From a virus (Duplodnaviria > Caudoviricetes), in the IMG/VR virus record IMGVR_UViG_3300045282_000148, positions 1 through 51,177 of that record: a DNA stretch of 51,177 nt; one strand, 5' to 3'. The notes below the pieces were generated by a model. The model saw nothing but the letters and a program-made list of their open reading frames with translations, searched no databases and was not told the DNA's origin. Below, piece by piece: positions 26,783 to 35,175 of the stretch. A program made the position numbers and the translations under genes. Within the stretch, counting starts at the first letter, position 1; every line of letters starts with the position of its first letter.

Positions 26783-26974
26783 ATGCTAGTCAAGCGAACC
26801 AAAGCCGGAAAAAGCGTCGTAGTCCAAGGGATTCGGATTAAAATCATTTCCATCCGAGGAAACGAAGTCCTACTTGGTTTCGAGTTGGCGAAGAACTCGC
26901 AGCCTGGCGACATGGTGGAAATCGGGGTGGGCGTGGGGGATCGGGAATTGACATTTCGCGCAAAACGTGCTTGA
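26783..26974 (+). CDS. csrA: CsrA/RsmA-like carbon storage regulator homologue
   Basis: MLVKRTKAGKSVVVQGIRIKIISIRGNEVLLGFE aligns by eye with the CsrA beta-strand core; several GGA motifs upstream. Confidence 0.7.
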   Translation: MLVKRTKAGKSVVVQGIRIKIISIRGNEVLLGFELAKNSQPGDMVEIGVGVGDRELTFRAKRA

Positions 26975-27065
26975 ATACCTTGGGCGATGCCCTCGGGCTA
27001 TAAAAGGAGAAATCCGTCGCCATTTTACAATCTTAAACGGCCTCTAACGGGCCTCGCAGCCAGTC

Positions 27066-27116
27066 GCGGCTGTGGTTTTCGCATTTCGCGAAGGACCACG
27101 GCCGCGTTTTCATTTC
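27066..27116 (+). terminator. Long hairpin with U-tract
   Basis: CGCGGCTGTGGTTTTCGC-ATTTC-GCGAAGGACCACGGCCGCG-TTTTCATTT. Confidence 0.6.
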
Positions 27117-27142
27117 AAACGCCACGCACAGGAGAACCGAAG

Positions 27143-27508
27143 ATGACCTTACTGCAAATCTTGCAACTGCTTCTAGGTAACATCGGAAAAGCTCCGGTCA
27201 TCCTGACATTCATCCAGGCCCTAGTCGCGGCGTTCAACGCCTTACTGGCCGGCCTCGGGCAGACTCCGCCGGTCGCTGTTGCTCACGCGGACGGCTCGCC
27301 GGAAGCCAAAGCAATCGAACAACTGGCCGCCGCCTTGCAATCGCACGGCGCATCAGAAGCCAAAAAGTTCGGAGATGGAACGATCCTCAAGACACTGTTC
27401 GGCGCTTTGCAAGGGTTGATGAATCTGCCGGGAATCGGCGGCCTGCTTACGCAAATTCTGACCGGCTGGCTGGGCGGTCTGTTGAATCCTACGGCCCCGA
27501 CGCCCTAA
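27143..27508 (+). CDS. Hydrophobic/amphipathic membrane-associated protein
   Basis: AGGAG RBS; MTLLQILQLLLG... Confidence 0.6.
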   Translation: MTLLQILQLLLGNIGKAPVILTFIQALVAAFNALLAGLGQTPPVAVAHADGSPEAKAIEQLAAALQSHGASEAKKFGDGTILKTLFGALQGLMNLPGIGGLLTQILTGWLGGLLNPTAPTP

Positions 27509-27522
27509 CCCTGGAGGTTGCG

Positions 27523-27711
27523 GTGAGCGAAGGATTCACGAGCAATACGGTTACGGACTTCACCACGCCATTAGAAATCTGGCAGTGGTGCTACAAGCAG
27601 GTTCCGACCGAAGCTGGCGGGAACTTGGAGCGGACAGTCCAGCACAGAATCGCGGACGCAGAGGTTTTATTCGATCACGTCGCTGGTAAATTCCTTTCCG
27701 AAACGAAGTGA
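27523..27711 (+). CDS. Hypothetical protein
   Basis: GGAGGT RBS, GTG start. Confidence 0.55.
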   Translation: MSEGFTSNTVTDFTTPLEIWQWCYKQVPTEAGGNLERTVQHRIADAEVLFDHVAGKFLSETK

Positions 27712-27714
27712 ATC

Positions 27715-29397
27715 ATGCCACTCGACAAGACGCAGACGATTACCGTCTCGCTCTTTTTGCGGCCGATGACGCCCGTCGCGCCGCCGGTCGCTGGGGCGCC
27801 ACCAATGGACCCGGCTACGTTCGCCGCTCAGCATTCGGCTGACCCAGCGGACATCGACGCCATTCGTGCGTTTGCGAATGACAAAGGTCTGCAAGTCGTT
27901 GGCGTTCACCCGATCCAGAGAATCGTGAACGTCTCTGGGACGATCGAACAGCTCGAAGCTGCTTTCGGGGCCGATACAGAGCAGCGGCCGACCGCGAATG
28001 GCGAACACCGCTTTTTGGCTAGAGCAGCGCAGCCGATGCCGCACTTGGGCATCGTCAAGACGTTGGGATGGGAGTCGGCGCCGTTTGCGCAGCCGCACTT
28101 TCGCAGACGACGAAAGCACCCCACCGCAGCAGCCGTAGCCGTCGAACCGCACGCCATGAAGCCGCTTGGGCCGGTCAAGACGGCTCAAATGTACGGCGTC
28201 ACAACTCGGCCGGCGGGAACCTACCGGACCTGCCACGGCTCGATCCTCTGTCTTGGCGGCGGCTATACGTCTTCGGACGTAGCCGCAAGCTGCCAACTCA
28301 ACGGTATCCCGGTTCCGACAATCATTGATGAATCGGTCCTAGGGGCCGGCAATGCCCCTGGAAACGACGCCGACGTGGAGTTGATGCTGGATATCGTTCA
28401 GATGGCCGGGGCTTACTTCGCTCGCACTGGGCAGCATATGACGATCCACGTCATTTTCTGTCCGAACACCGATGCAGGTTACGTCACCGGGAGCGGCTAC
28501 GGAGCGCATATTACGAACGTGGCGACGGAATCAAGCTCATGGGGCAGTTCCGAGGATAATTGGGCACAATCGGCTGGCCAGTTTGATTCGACGGCCAAAG
28601 GCTCAGTTACGCTCGGCGTCACGTATGTCGCAGCCTCGGGCGACGGTGGGGCGACAGACGGCACCGGTGGCCTGATTGTCGACTTCCCGGCGGCATCGCC
28701 CTACGTTCTCGGCATGGGCGGTACGAACCTATCGGACGCTGGCGAAGTAGTCTGGAACGATCCGCAAGGCGGTTCCGGCGGCGGCGGTATCTCTGGCGTC
28801 GAGACTCCGAAGCCGCCTTGGCAAAGCGACTACCCGACGGCTGGTGGTCGGTGTGTGCCTGATCTGGCGGCGAACTCAGCCCCGGCTACTTGTGGGACAA
28901 TCGTCGTACAAGGTCAACACATGGACATCGGCGGAACAAGCGCCGCCGCTCCGTTTATGGCTGGTATCCTATGTGCCCTGTGCGAGGAACTGCCGCACAA
29001 CATCGGGTATCTCAATCCTCTTTTGGAGACAATGCCGGCGACGTGCTTTGAGGACATTATCAAGGGCGATAATGGAGGTTTTAGCGCGAAGCCCGGTCCG
29101 GATATGTGTACCGGCCGCGGCAGCCCGAAACCGCTGGCGATGCTCGCGGCCTTGAAAGGCACGGCACCGCCTCCCGTCATTCCACCGCCGGTAACTCCTC
29201 CGCCCGTGACGCCCCCGCCCCCGATTACACCGCCGCCGACCGACATGACGGTCGCGCAGTTCCAAGCCAATCTCCGCGCGAGTGCCCGCCGAAAATTCAC
29301 AGCGGACCTCAAAACCGAGAGCCATTTAGAGCGCTGGTCGAATGCCTATTACGCGCTGTTTACAGACAACCTAATCGCGTCCGAGCCGATCGCATGA
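27715..29397 (+). CDS. S53 (sedolisin/kumamolisin-like) serine peptidase with propeptide
   Basis: Propeptide FAAQHSADPADIDAIRAFA...SGTIEQLEAAFG; catalytic ELMLD, AASGDGG, GGTSAAAP; Ca-site DIIKGDNG...DMCTGRGSP; Pro-rich linker. Confidence 0.93.
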   Translation: MPLDKTQTITVSLFLRPMTPVAPPVAGAPPMDPATFAAQHSADPADIDAIRAFANDKGLQVVGVHPIQRIVNVSGTIEQLEAAFGADTEQRPTANGEHRFLARAAQPMPHLGIVKTLGWESAPFAQPHFRRRRKHPTAAAVAVEPHAMKPLGPVKTAQMYGVTTRPAGTYRTCHGSILCLGGGYTSSDVAASCQLNGIPVPTIIDESVLGAGNAPGNDADVELMLDIVQMAGAYFARTGQHMTIHVIFCPNTDAGYVTGSGYGAHITNVATESSSWGSSEDNWAQSAGQFDSTAKGSVTLGVTYVAASGDGGATDGTGGLIVDFPAASPYVLGMGGTNLSDAGEVVWNDPQGGSGGGGISGVETPKPPWQSDYPTAGGRCVPDLAANSAPATCGTIVVQGQHMDIGGTSAAAPFMAGILCALCEELPHNIGYLNPLLETMPATCFEDIIKGDNGGFSAKPGPDMCTGRGSPKPLAMLAALKGTAPPPVIPPPVTPPPVTPPPPITPPPTDMTVAQFQANLRASARRKFTADLKTESHLERWSNAYYALFTDNLIASEPIA

Positions 29398-29564
29398 CGG
29401 ACTTAGAGCGGTGCCGTGAAGAAAAGACGCGGTATGCACGCTATTACGAAGACGCAATCCGCGAGTACACGGCGATTACGGAGAAAATGCTGGATCGGAT
29501 CAAATGGCTTGAAATGGAAGTTCTACGGCTGCTAAGGATCATCGAACAAGCAGAGAGAAGGTGA
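29394..29564 (+). CDS. Small coiled-coil protein
   Basis: ATGA-coupled to protease. Confidence 0.55.
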   Translation: MTDLERCREEKTRYARYYEDAIREYTAITEKMLDRIKWLEMEVLRLLRIIEQAERR

Positions 29565-29568
29565 CTCA

Positions 29569-29907
29569 ATGAATCCTGAAGGCGTTATTACTCTTTGTGC
29601 CCTGAGTGCGGTGATTTCCGGCGTTGTCGTGTATCTATTCCGGCCGGATTCGAGCAGCGAACTCAAGTCGGCACAGGAAAGAGGCAACGCATTAGAAAGC
29701 CGCTGCATCGACCTGGAAAAGCAGCGGGACGACCTAATGGCCGAAACGACTGCTCAGCATGACTTGATCTCGCAGGTCAAAGAGGCCGCGTCGAAAGATC
29801 AAGCGGCGGCGAGTGAGGCTCAAGAGCGAGTGACGGCGCTGCTGGCTAAACACGAGCCGAAGAAACGCAGCCATCACCTCAGCAAGAAGGATGGAGGCGT
29901 CGACTGA
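29569..29907 (+). CDS. N-terminal TM plus coiled coil (spanin-like topology)
   Basis: VITLCALSAVISGVVVYLF followed by heptads. Confidence 0.55.
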   Translation: MNPEGVITLCALSAVISGVVVYLFRPDSSSELKSAQERGNALESRCIDLEKQRDDLMAETTAQHDLISQVKEAASKDQAAASEAQERVTALLAKHEPKKRSHHLSKKDGGVD

Positions 29908-30017
29908 TGCTGGACAGAGACATTTTAATCGGCTGGGCAATCATTATTGGGCTGTGGCCGGCGGCAATGGGGTTTGTTCTGGCTGTTGCGTGGCTGGTGA
30001 GTGAGGTGATGCGATGA
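29907..30017 (+). CDS. 36-aa hydrophobic peptide not in ORF track
   Basis: MLDRDILIGWAIIIGLWPAAMGFVLAVAWLVSEVMR; GGAGG RBS. Confidence 0.5.
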   Translation: MLDRDILIGWAIIIGLWPAAMGFVLAVAWLVSEVMR

Positions 30018-30124
30018 GGCTGCCATATTCGCCGGTCGGAGTCCTATCGTCTCTCGTGCTGTTTGGGGCAATCGTAGCGGGGCTTGTGTGGGCGGCTAAC
30101 GTGACTTTGCCGAGCGTGCCTTAA
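30014..30124 (+). CDS. 36-aa hydrophobic peptide not in ORF track
   Basis: MRLPYSPVGVLSSLVLFGAIVAGLVWAANVTLPSVP; ATGA-coupled. Confidence 0.5.
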   Translation: MRLPYSPVGVLSSLVLFGAIVAGLVWAANVTLPSVP

Positions 30125-30137
30125 TCGAGGAGCGAAC

Positions 30138-30473
30138 ATGTCTGAATCCGTTCAAGAACAACTCACGGCAATCTTCGCAGCCGACGAATCCGCTCGGCCG
30201 CTGATCAGAAACCTCCGGCTGATCTCGGAACACCTATCCGTGGTCGGCAACGTCACAATTACCGGCAAGACCGCCGACGGCCGCGAGGTGATTATCGGGC
30301 CAGAGCTGTACAACCTGCGCCCGATGATCCAAGCCAAGATTGAAAGCGCCGCCGAGCCGCGAATGGCGAAGCTGCGGGCGTTGTACGTTCCACCAGCACC
30401 GGCTGCTCCTAAGGTCGCCGATACGCCGGACGACCGAGACGAGATTATCGAGATGGTGAAGAAACAAGCGTAG
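30138..30473 (+). CDS. Hypothetical protein
   Basis: GAGGAG RBS. Confidence 0.65.
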   Translation: MSESVQEQLTAIFAADESARPLIRNLRLISEHLSVVGNVTITGKTADGREVIIGPELYNLRPMIQAKIESAAEPRMAKLRALYVPPAPAAPKVADTPDDRDEIIEMVKKQA

Positions 30474-30477
30474 CCCC

Positions 30478-32196
30478 ATGAAACCGCTGTACTGCCTATG
30501 GCTGGGAGCGGCCGCGTCAATGACCGTTTGCCTTGCCTACGAGCCGATCCCGCAGAATCCAAGAGTGGAGAGGATCGCGGTACGTCATACCAATTCTGTG
30601 AAAGTTAGTAGCAAATTAGTAGATACCCCGGCGGTACTCACGCCCGCCGAGCGTTCCACGGCGCGGAAAGGCCACGTACGACGGGCCGGCGACATCGACC
30701 AGTGCCCCGCGCTCGTGGCCAAAACACCCGTCGCCCGGCAGGCACTTGCCGCATTACTAAAGCCCGTTGAAGCCGAGTTGCCACGGGCGACGGGTTTATC
30801 ACGGCTGGGCGGCTGGTTAGGAGCCGCTGTGGCCGACTTGATCCCGCCGTTCGACGAACAGCCGATAGCCGTCGAGATCGAGCAGCCGCGTAGCCCGGCA
30901 ATGGAACTGGCCGACGCCGCCCAAGACGCAGCACGGCTTCCGCCTGACGCTGCGATTCACGCCCGGTACTTATCGCTCTACAACGTGCCTCGAGCACAGC
31001 GGGGCAACGCCGCTCGCGTGGTGAGCTATACGCTCAACGCCCTGAGCCGTAGCCGGTCGATCTATCTGCCGGTGCGAGTCTCTTCTAGCCTGCTGAGAAT
31101 CGACACTAGGTGGTTTGCCGAAGACGAGGCCGTTCACGAATGGGAACACGCTTGGTTCGGTCTGACGCAGAAAGACCCGTACTGGCACGTTCCGACGCTG
31201 ATCTATTTCGAGGGCAAGACGCAGCACGCGACGGTAGACGGTGGCTGGCTGAATCAATCGCACGTTGCGGCGTTGCGGAATTACACCGGCTCGGTGGGAG
31301 CTATTCTGCGAGCGGATTACTTCGTAGCCAATGCGACGATACCGCCGGCCTACTATGAATTCATTGGTCTGCCCGCGACTGAGGGTGAATTTCTGAAAGG
31401 ATTGGGCGTAGATGAAAAAGCCATCGAACGATTGCGGGCTGACGCGGGTGCCAATCTTGATAATAGTGGCATTACCGACAAGACGCGGCGAGTCGTCTGG
31501 AAGCAAGGTTTACTTGGTGGAATTTATAACACGCTCGATGTGGAGAAGGTCGATGCGGAACATGATCCGGCCCGGCGGATTGTTTCGGTCGGTAAGTTCG
31601 CCCTTCAGCATGAAGCGGAAGAGTGGTTTGCTATGGCGCCAAATGGATTTTGGTGGACAGCACTCTTCGACAAAAACGGCAAGAGGCAAGATGCTGTGCC
31701 GGTCAAGGTCGCCACGGATTCTATTGCAACCGACCAGCATGCGCCGGACAAGGAGGTCGTGCCGATGCAGTCGTGCTACCGCTGCCACGTCGAGAGCGGG
31801 CTACGGACGCTGAGCGACGACCAATCAAAAACCTTCGCCGGAGGGAGTATCAATCTCAAGAGCTATGACTACGCCACGATCCAGCGGGCACGTGATTTCT
31901 ACAACGAGCCGAGATTACTTCGTCAAATGGCCTTTGATCGTCAGACGCACGACGCAGCGGTTTATTCGGCAACTGGTGGCTGGACCTGCGCCAGAGCCGT
32001 ACAGGGTTTTAGTGACGCGGTGAGAATGTACGCCTACGATCTCGTAACGCCGGAAATGGCCCGACGGGAACTTGGCGGGCCGATTTCGCCAGCCTGTACC
32101 GACGTGCGGAACTTGCAACTATTGAAGGGTACGCCAGTCTTGAGAGGCTTGTTCGAACAGTCATTCGCAGAGGCAAGTACGTTAGGTGCCAAATGA
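30478..32196 (+). CDS. Putative exported c-type heme protein (planctomycete-type family)
   Basis: Hydrophobic N-terminus; ILRADYF, NSGI...RR, HEAEEWFAMAPNG...GKRQDAVP..VATD and SCYRCH (CxxCH). Confidence 0.7.
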   Translation: MKPLYCLWLGAAASMTVCLAYEPIPQNPRVERIAVRHTNSVKVSSKLVDTPAVLTPAERSTARKGHVRRAGDIDQCPALVAKTPVARQALAALLKPVEAELPRATGLSRLGGWLGAAVADLIPPFDEQPIAVEIEQPRSPAMELADAAQDAARLPPDAAIHARYLSLYNVPRAQRGNAARVVSYTLNALSRSRSIYLPVRVSSSLLRIDTRWFAEDEAVHEWEHAWFGLTQKDPYWHVPTLIYFEGKTQHATVDGGWLNQSHVAALRNYTGSVGAILRADYFVANATIPPAYYEFIGLPATEGEFLKGLGVDEKAIERLRADAGANLDNSGITDKTRRVVWKQGLLGGIYNTLDVEKVDAEHDPARRIVSVGKFALQHEAEEWFAMAPNGFWWTALFDKNGKRQDAVPVKVATDSIATDQHAPDKEVVPMQSCYRCHVESGLRTLSDDQSKTFAGGSINLKSYDYATIQRARDFYNEPRLLRQMAFDRQTHDAAVYSATGGWTCARAVQGFSDAVRMYAYDLVTPEMARRELGGPISPACTDVRNLQLLKGTPVLRGLFEQSFAEASTLGAK

Positions 32197-32573
32197 AACG
32201 GACAATCGCGCTCATCGCTCTACTGTGCGGCATGATCCCGGCGATTGCTCGCGGAGCCGACAAGACTTGGTTTCGCGGATTCGTCTATCACGCCGATGGC
32301 TCGCATGTCTCTAAAGAACACATCAGCGGTCGCGCCGAGATTTACGTCACGGATCGCGTAGGTCAAGTTCTTTACACGCGCGAATTCGGAGACAAGTCAC
32401 AGCCGCCCTATGGACATGAAGGCGAATTCGTCTTTGAACTTCCGGCCGGAGAACTCGCGGATGATTCACTTATCAAGATTTTCGTCACGGCGGATGGCTA
32501 TGAGAACGCGAAGGTGGCCTACCTAGCTGCAAACCAAATGCAAGTCCACATCAGTTTGGGAGAGAAGAAGTGA
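32193..32573 (+). CDS. Secreted beta-rich protein
   Basis: Signal peptide MKRTIALIALLCGMIPAIARG; IFVTADGYE. Confidence 0.7.
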   Translation: MKRTIALIALLCGMIPAIARGADKTWFRGFVYHADGSHVSKEHISGRAEIYVTDRVGQVLYTREFGDKSQPPYGHEGEFVFELPAGELADDSLIKIFVTADGYENAKVAYLAANQMQVHISLGEKK

Positions 32574-33205
32574 AGCGCTGCATCGCAATCGTCGCTATGG
32601 TCTGCGGCATGGTCCCCCAGCAGCTTGACGCCGGCTGCCGCGTGGCCGTGGGACAGACATTCAACACGGGCTTCGCCTATACGACGGCATTCGTTCCGGC
32701 GGGAATCGGCGTTGCGGCGGTGGCACCCTATCAGTACGCCTACAATCCGCCGCCTACTGTCAATGTGGTCGTAGACACGAACTCGATTGCGTCCGCGGTT
32801 GTCCAGCAACTAACGTCTCAAATGAACGCCGTTAATCAGCCTTCAGCACGAGCGGCGCAGCCAGCAGATAGACCACCGCCGCCCGTTCCTGGACCAGCCG
32901 CAAATCAGCCAGCACAACCAGGGCCAGCAGCTAACGGGCCGCCGCAAGCGGACGTGTTCGCAGAGACCGGAGAATTCGCCAAATGCGTCCAATGCCATTC
33001 GCCGACCGGCAAGAAGAAAAGTGCGTTCGCCAAGCTTGATTTGAGCGCCGTTACAACGCTAGCGTCACTAGCGCCCGATAAGCGGCTATTGGTCATCGAC
33101 AGAATTACAAGCGACGATCCGGCAGCGATGATGCCGCCTCCGGGAGAGCCGAGACTGTCGCCGGAAGAACTCGGAAGTTTGATCCACAGGTTAAGTCACA
33201 AATGA
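32570..33205 (+). CDS. Secreted monoheme cytochrome c domain protein
   Basis: Signal peptide; KCVQCHSP...LDL...MMPPPGEPRLSPEE (CxxCH plus distal Met, planctomycete cytochrome-c pattern). Confidence 0.8.
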   Translation: MKRCIAIVAMVCGMVPQQLDAGCRVAVGQTFNTGFAYTTAFVPAGIGVAAVAPYQYAYNPPPTVNVVVDTNSIASAVVQQLTSQMNAVNQPSARAAQPADRPPPPVPGPAANQPAQPGPAANGPPQADVFAETGEFAKCVQCHSPTGKKKSAFAKLDLSAVTTLASLAPDKRLLVIDRITSDDPAAMMPPPGEPRLSPEELGSLIHRLSHK

Positions 33206-33262
33206 AACAAGCCTGCCGTTGAAGCGACAGGCTCTAACCACTGAAATCGAAAGGGGATTCCA

Positions 33263-33820
33263 ATGGCTGCCGTGATTGTAGCGGAAGGCGTCGAAGCGAG
33301 GGAGATAGAGGGATTTCCAGGTTACGCCGTATCGGCAGATGGAGTCGTATGGTCACACCGAACCCGCTATGGAGAGCCTTGTGACTCATGGAGACCTAAA
33401 AAAACGCGACCTGATAGGATCGGATATGCCTCAGTCGGCTTATACAGGAATGGAAGGGAACTCACGAGAAGGATTCATTCCCTCGTAATGAATGCGTGGA
33501 TCGGCCCTAGGCCAGATGGTCAAGAAGTGTGCCATGGGAATGGCGACAGAATGGATTGCCGGTTGTCAAATCTGCGTTATGACACTCATTTGGCAAATGA
33601 GGCAGATAAAAAACGAATGGGCAGGGGATGCGAGGGCGAGAACCATCCAATGGCAAAACTAAATGCTCAATTGGTTGCCGATTTCAGAAGGAGGATTGCG
33701 AGTGGTGAAGCGACCAGAAAGCAATTGGCCATAGAATCCGGCTTTGCATATAAAACGATATGCGGCGCCGTGGCCGGAAGGCGTTGGAAATGTGTATCTG
33801 AGGAAATGATCGGACCTTAA
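33263..33820 (+). CDS. NUMOD4-HNH homing endonuclease
   Basis: IEGFPGYAVSADGVVWS...HSLVMNAWIGPRPDGQEVCHGNGDRMDCRLSNLRYDT...GENHPMAKL. Confidence 0.9.
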   Translation: MAAVIVAEGVEAREIEGFPGYAVSADGVVWSHRTRYGEPCDSWRPKKTRPDRIGYASVGLYRNGRELTRRIHSLVMNAWIGPRPDGQEVCHGNGDRMDCRLSNLRYDTHLANEADKKRMGRGCEGENHPMAKLNAQLVADFRRRIASGEATRKQLAIESGFAYKTICGAVAGRRWKCVSEEMIGP

Positions 33821-33834
33821 CTAAGGAGAATCAA

Positions 33835-34317
33835 ATGATTCGTCACTTGCTACATCGGTTGTTCCATCGTCGGTGTATTGTCGCGTTTGCGCTCGTCGCG
33901 CTCTCGGCGTCTGCACTCCAAGCCTGCCCGGTGCAGGTTGGGGCTGTGATCGCCCAGCCAGCTTTCGTGGGAGGTTATTCACAGGGCTTTCAGAGTGTCG
34001 CTACGGTTGCCACCGCTGCGCCTTGTGCGTGTGCGACTCAGCAGGCCGCTGCGGTCGTCGCGCCGCAAGCGGTCGAGTCCTATGCCGCTCCGCAAGTCGT
34101 CCAGAGCTACGCTCAGCCGCTCGTAGTGGCTCAGCCCTTGGCGGTTGCGGTGCCGTTCTACTCGTTTAGCGCGTTCGCAACCCCGTTCTACGGCTATGCG
34201 TCAAACAACGTGTTCGTCGGTAGCAGTCGTGGTCGGTTCTTCGGCGGTCGGCAGGTCTCGCGGCAGCGTGTCGCTGTGACAACCACGCGGACGAGGACCG
34301 TTATACGAGGACGTTAA
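33835..34317 (+). CDS. Secreted low-complexity Ala/Val/Gln-rich protein
   Basis: AAGGAG RBS; signal peptide ending ALQA-C; Arg-rich C-terminus. Confidence 0.7.
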   Translation: MIRHLLHRLFHRRCIVAFALVALSASALQACPVQVGAVIAQPAFVGGYSQGFQSVATVATAAPCACATQQAAAVVAPQAVESYAAPQVVQSYAQPLVVAQPLAVAVPFYSFSAFATPFYGYASNNVFVGSSRGRFFGGRQVSRQRVAVTTTRTRTVIRGR

Positions 34318-34351
34318 CCGTAATGCCGTTCTCCTGGACGGCACTACGTTG

Positions 34352-34389
34352 GCCGGTCGCCGGGTTTCACTCCTCGGCGACCGGCTTTT
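34352..34389 (+). terminator. Intrinsic terminator
   Basis: GCCGGTCGCCGGG-N8-CTCGGCGACCGGC-TTTT. Confidence 0.75.
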
Positions 34390-34539
34390 GATGAATCGCG
34401 TTCGCTGAGCTTGTAGTTCAGCAACCCATCGGCCGCTGTAAGCCGCGGCGGGTGACTCGGCGGCCGATGCTTTGATAAAGCTCATCTGCCATGTGTAGAA
34501 GGAGTAACGAGGTCCGTCCGATAAGGGGCGCCCTCAGAT

Positions 34540-34736
34540 GATCGTGCGGCGGGGACAGTGACCCGTATGACGAGGCAAAGCACAGAGGAGCGTTGACTGT
34601 AAGTCGGATACGATTCGGCGCGGGCGTCTTGGATACTCCGACCTCTGGATGTTCAATCACTCGGCCTCCGACGCGGCAACCCGCAAAGCCGCAGGTAGAA
34701 ATAGGTGCAAAGCCGGTGCAATTCCGGCCACGATCA
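34540..34736 (+). ncRNA. tRNA-like RNA with large structured domain replacing anticodon/variable arms
   Basis: Acceptor GATCGTG/CACGATC+A, D-like GCGGG/CCCGT, T-arm GCCGG-TGCAATT-CCGGC. Confidence 0.65.
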
Positions 34737-34838
34737 TTAAACCGGCACGGCAGGGAATGCCGTGAAGGGATTGCGGAGAAGAATGGCATGGAGGCGTCGG
34801 TCGTCCGCGGTGGGCGTGTCGGCCGACGCCAATTTTGA

Positions 34839-34922
34839 GTCTGGCTAGTGTACGGAGCACGTTGCGAACAGGGCCTTGTAACCGTATTCGCGAAAGACGT
34901 GGTTCAATTCCACGGCCTGACA
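34839..34922 (+). ncRNA. tRNA-like RNA with extended anticodon arm
   Basis: Acceptor GTCTGGC/GCCTGAC+A (1 mismatch), TA, D GTGT/GCAC, TTGCGAA/TTCGCGA stem, T-arm CGTGG-TTCAATT-CCACG. Confidence 0.7.
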
Positions 34923-34934
34923 ATGGAGGCAGTC

Positions 34935-35168
34935 ATGGATGCACTTGCAAACCTCGAAGTGTGGAGAACCGGAGGAGACGGCCGAGATTTCGAACTACGG
35001 TCAGGGTTCGCCGATGCGCGACTCGCCACGATCACGCTTAACGACGACACCGGCCGGCACGTTCGGTTAAACGAAATGGACCTTCACGGCGGCAACCGAA
35101 TCAGCGGATTGGACCGGCTCGTAAATGCGGCGATAAACGAATGGAACATGACGATTAAGTCGCGGTGA
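34935..35168 (+). CDS. Hypothetical protein
   Basis: GGAGG RBS before 34935. Confidence 0.6.
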   Translation: MDALANLEVWRTGGDGRDFELRSGFADARLATITLNDDTGRHVRLNEMDLHGGNRISGLDRLVNAAINEWNMTIKSR

Positions 35169-35175
35169 ATGGCAA

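Noticed and set aside
27000-27032. Third copy of the late-promoter motif
   Set aside because: Only CCG-N9-TACAAT matches; too little to support
29165-29240. Pro-rich DNA repeat as a separate element
   Set aside because: Explained as the PPPVT linker of the S53 protease
34540-34736. tmRNA or group I intron-containing tRNA
   Set aside because: No GGGG 5' end or G3-U70, has a D stem, short, no convincing tag frame or P7 core seen; a formal search is still needed
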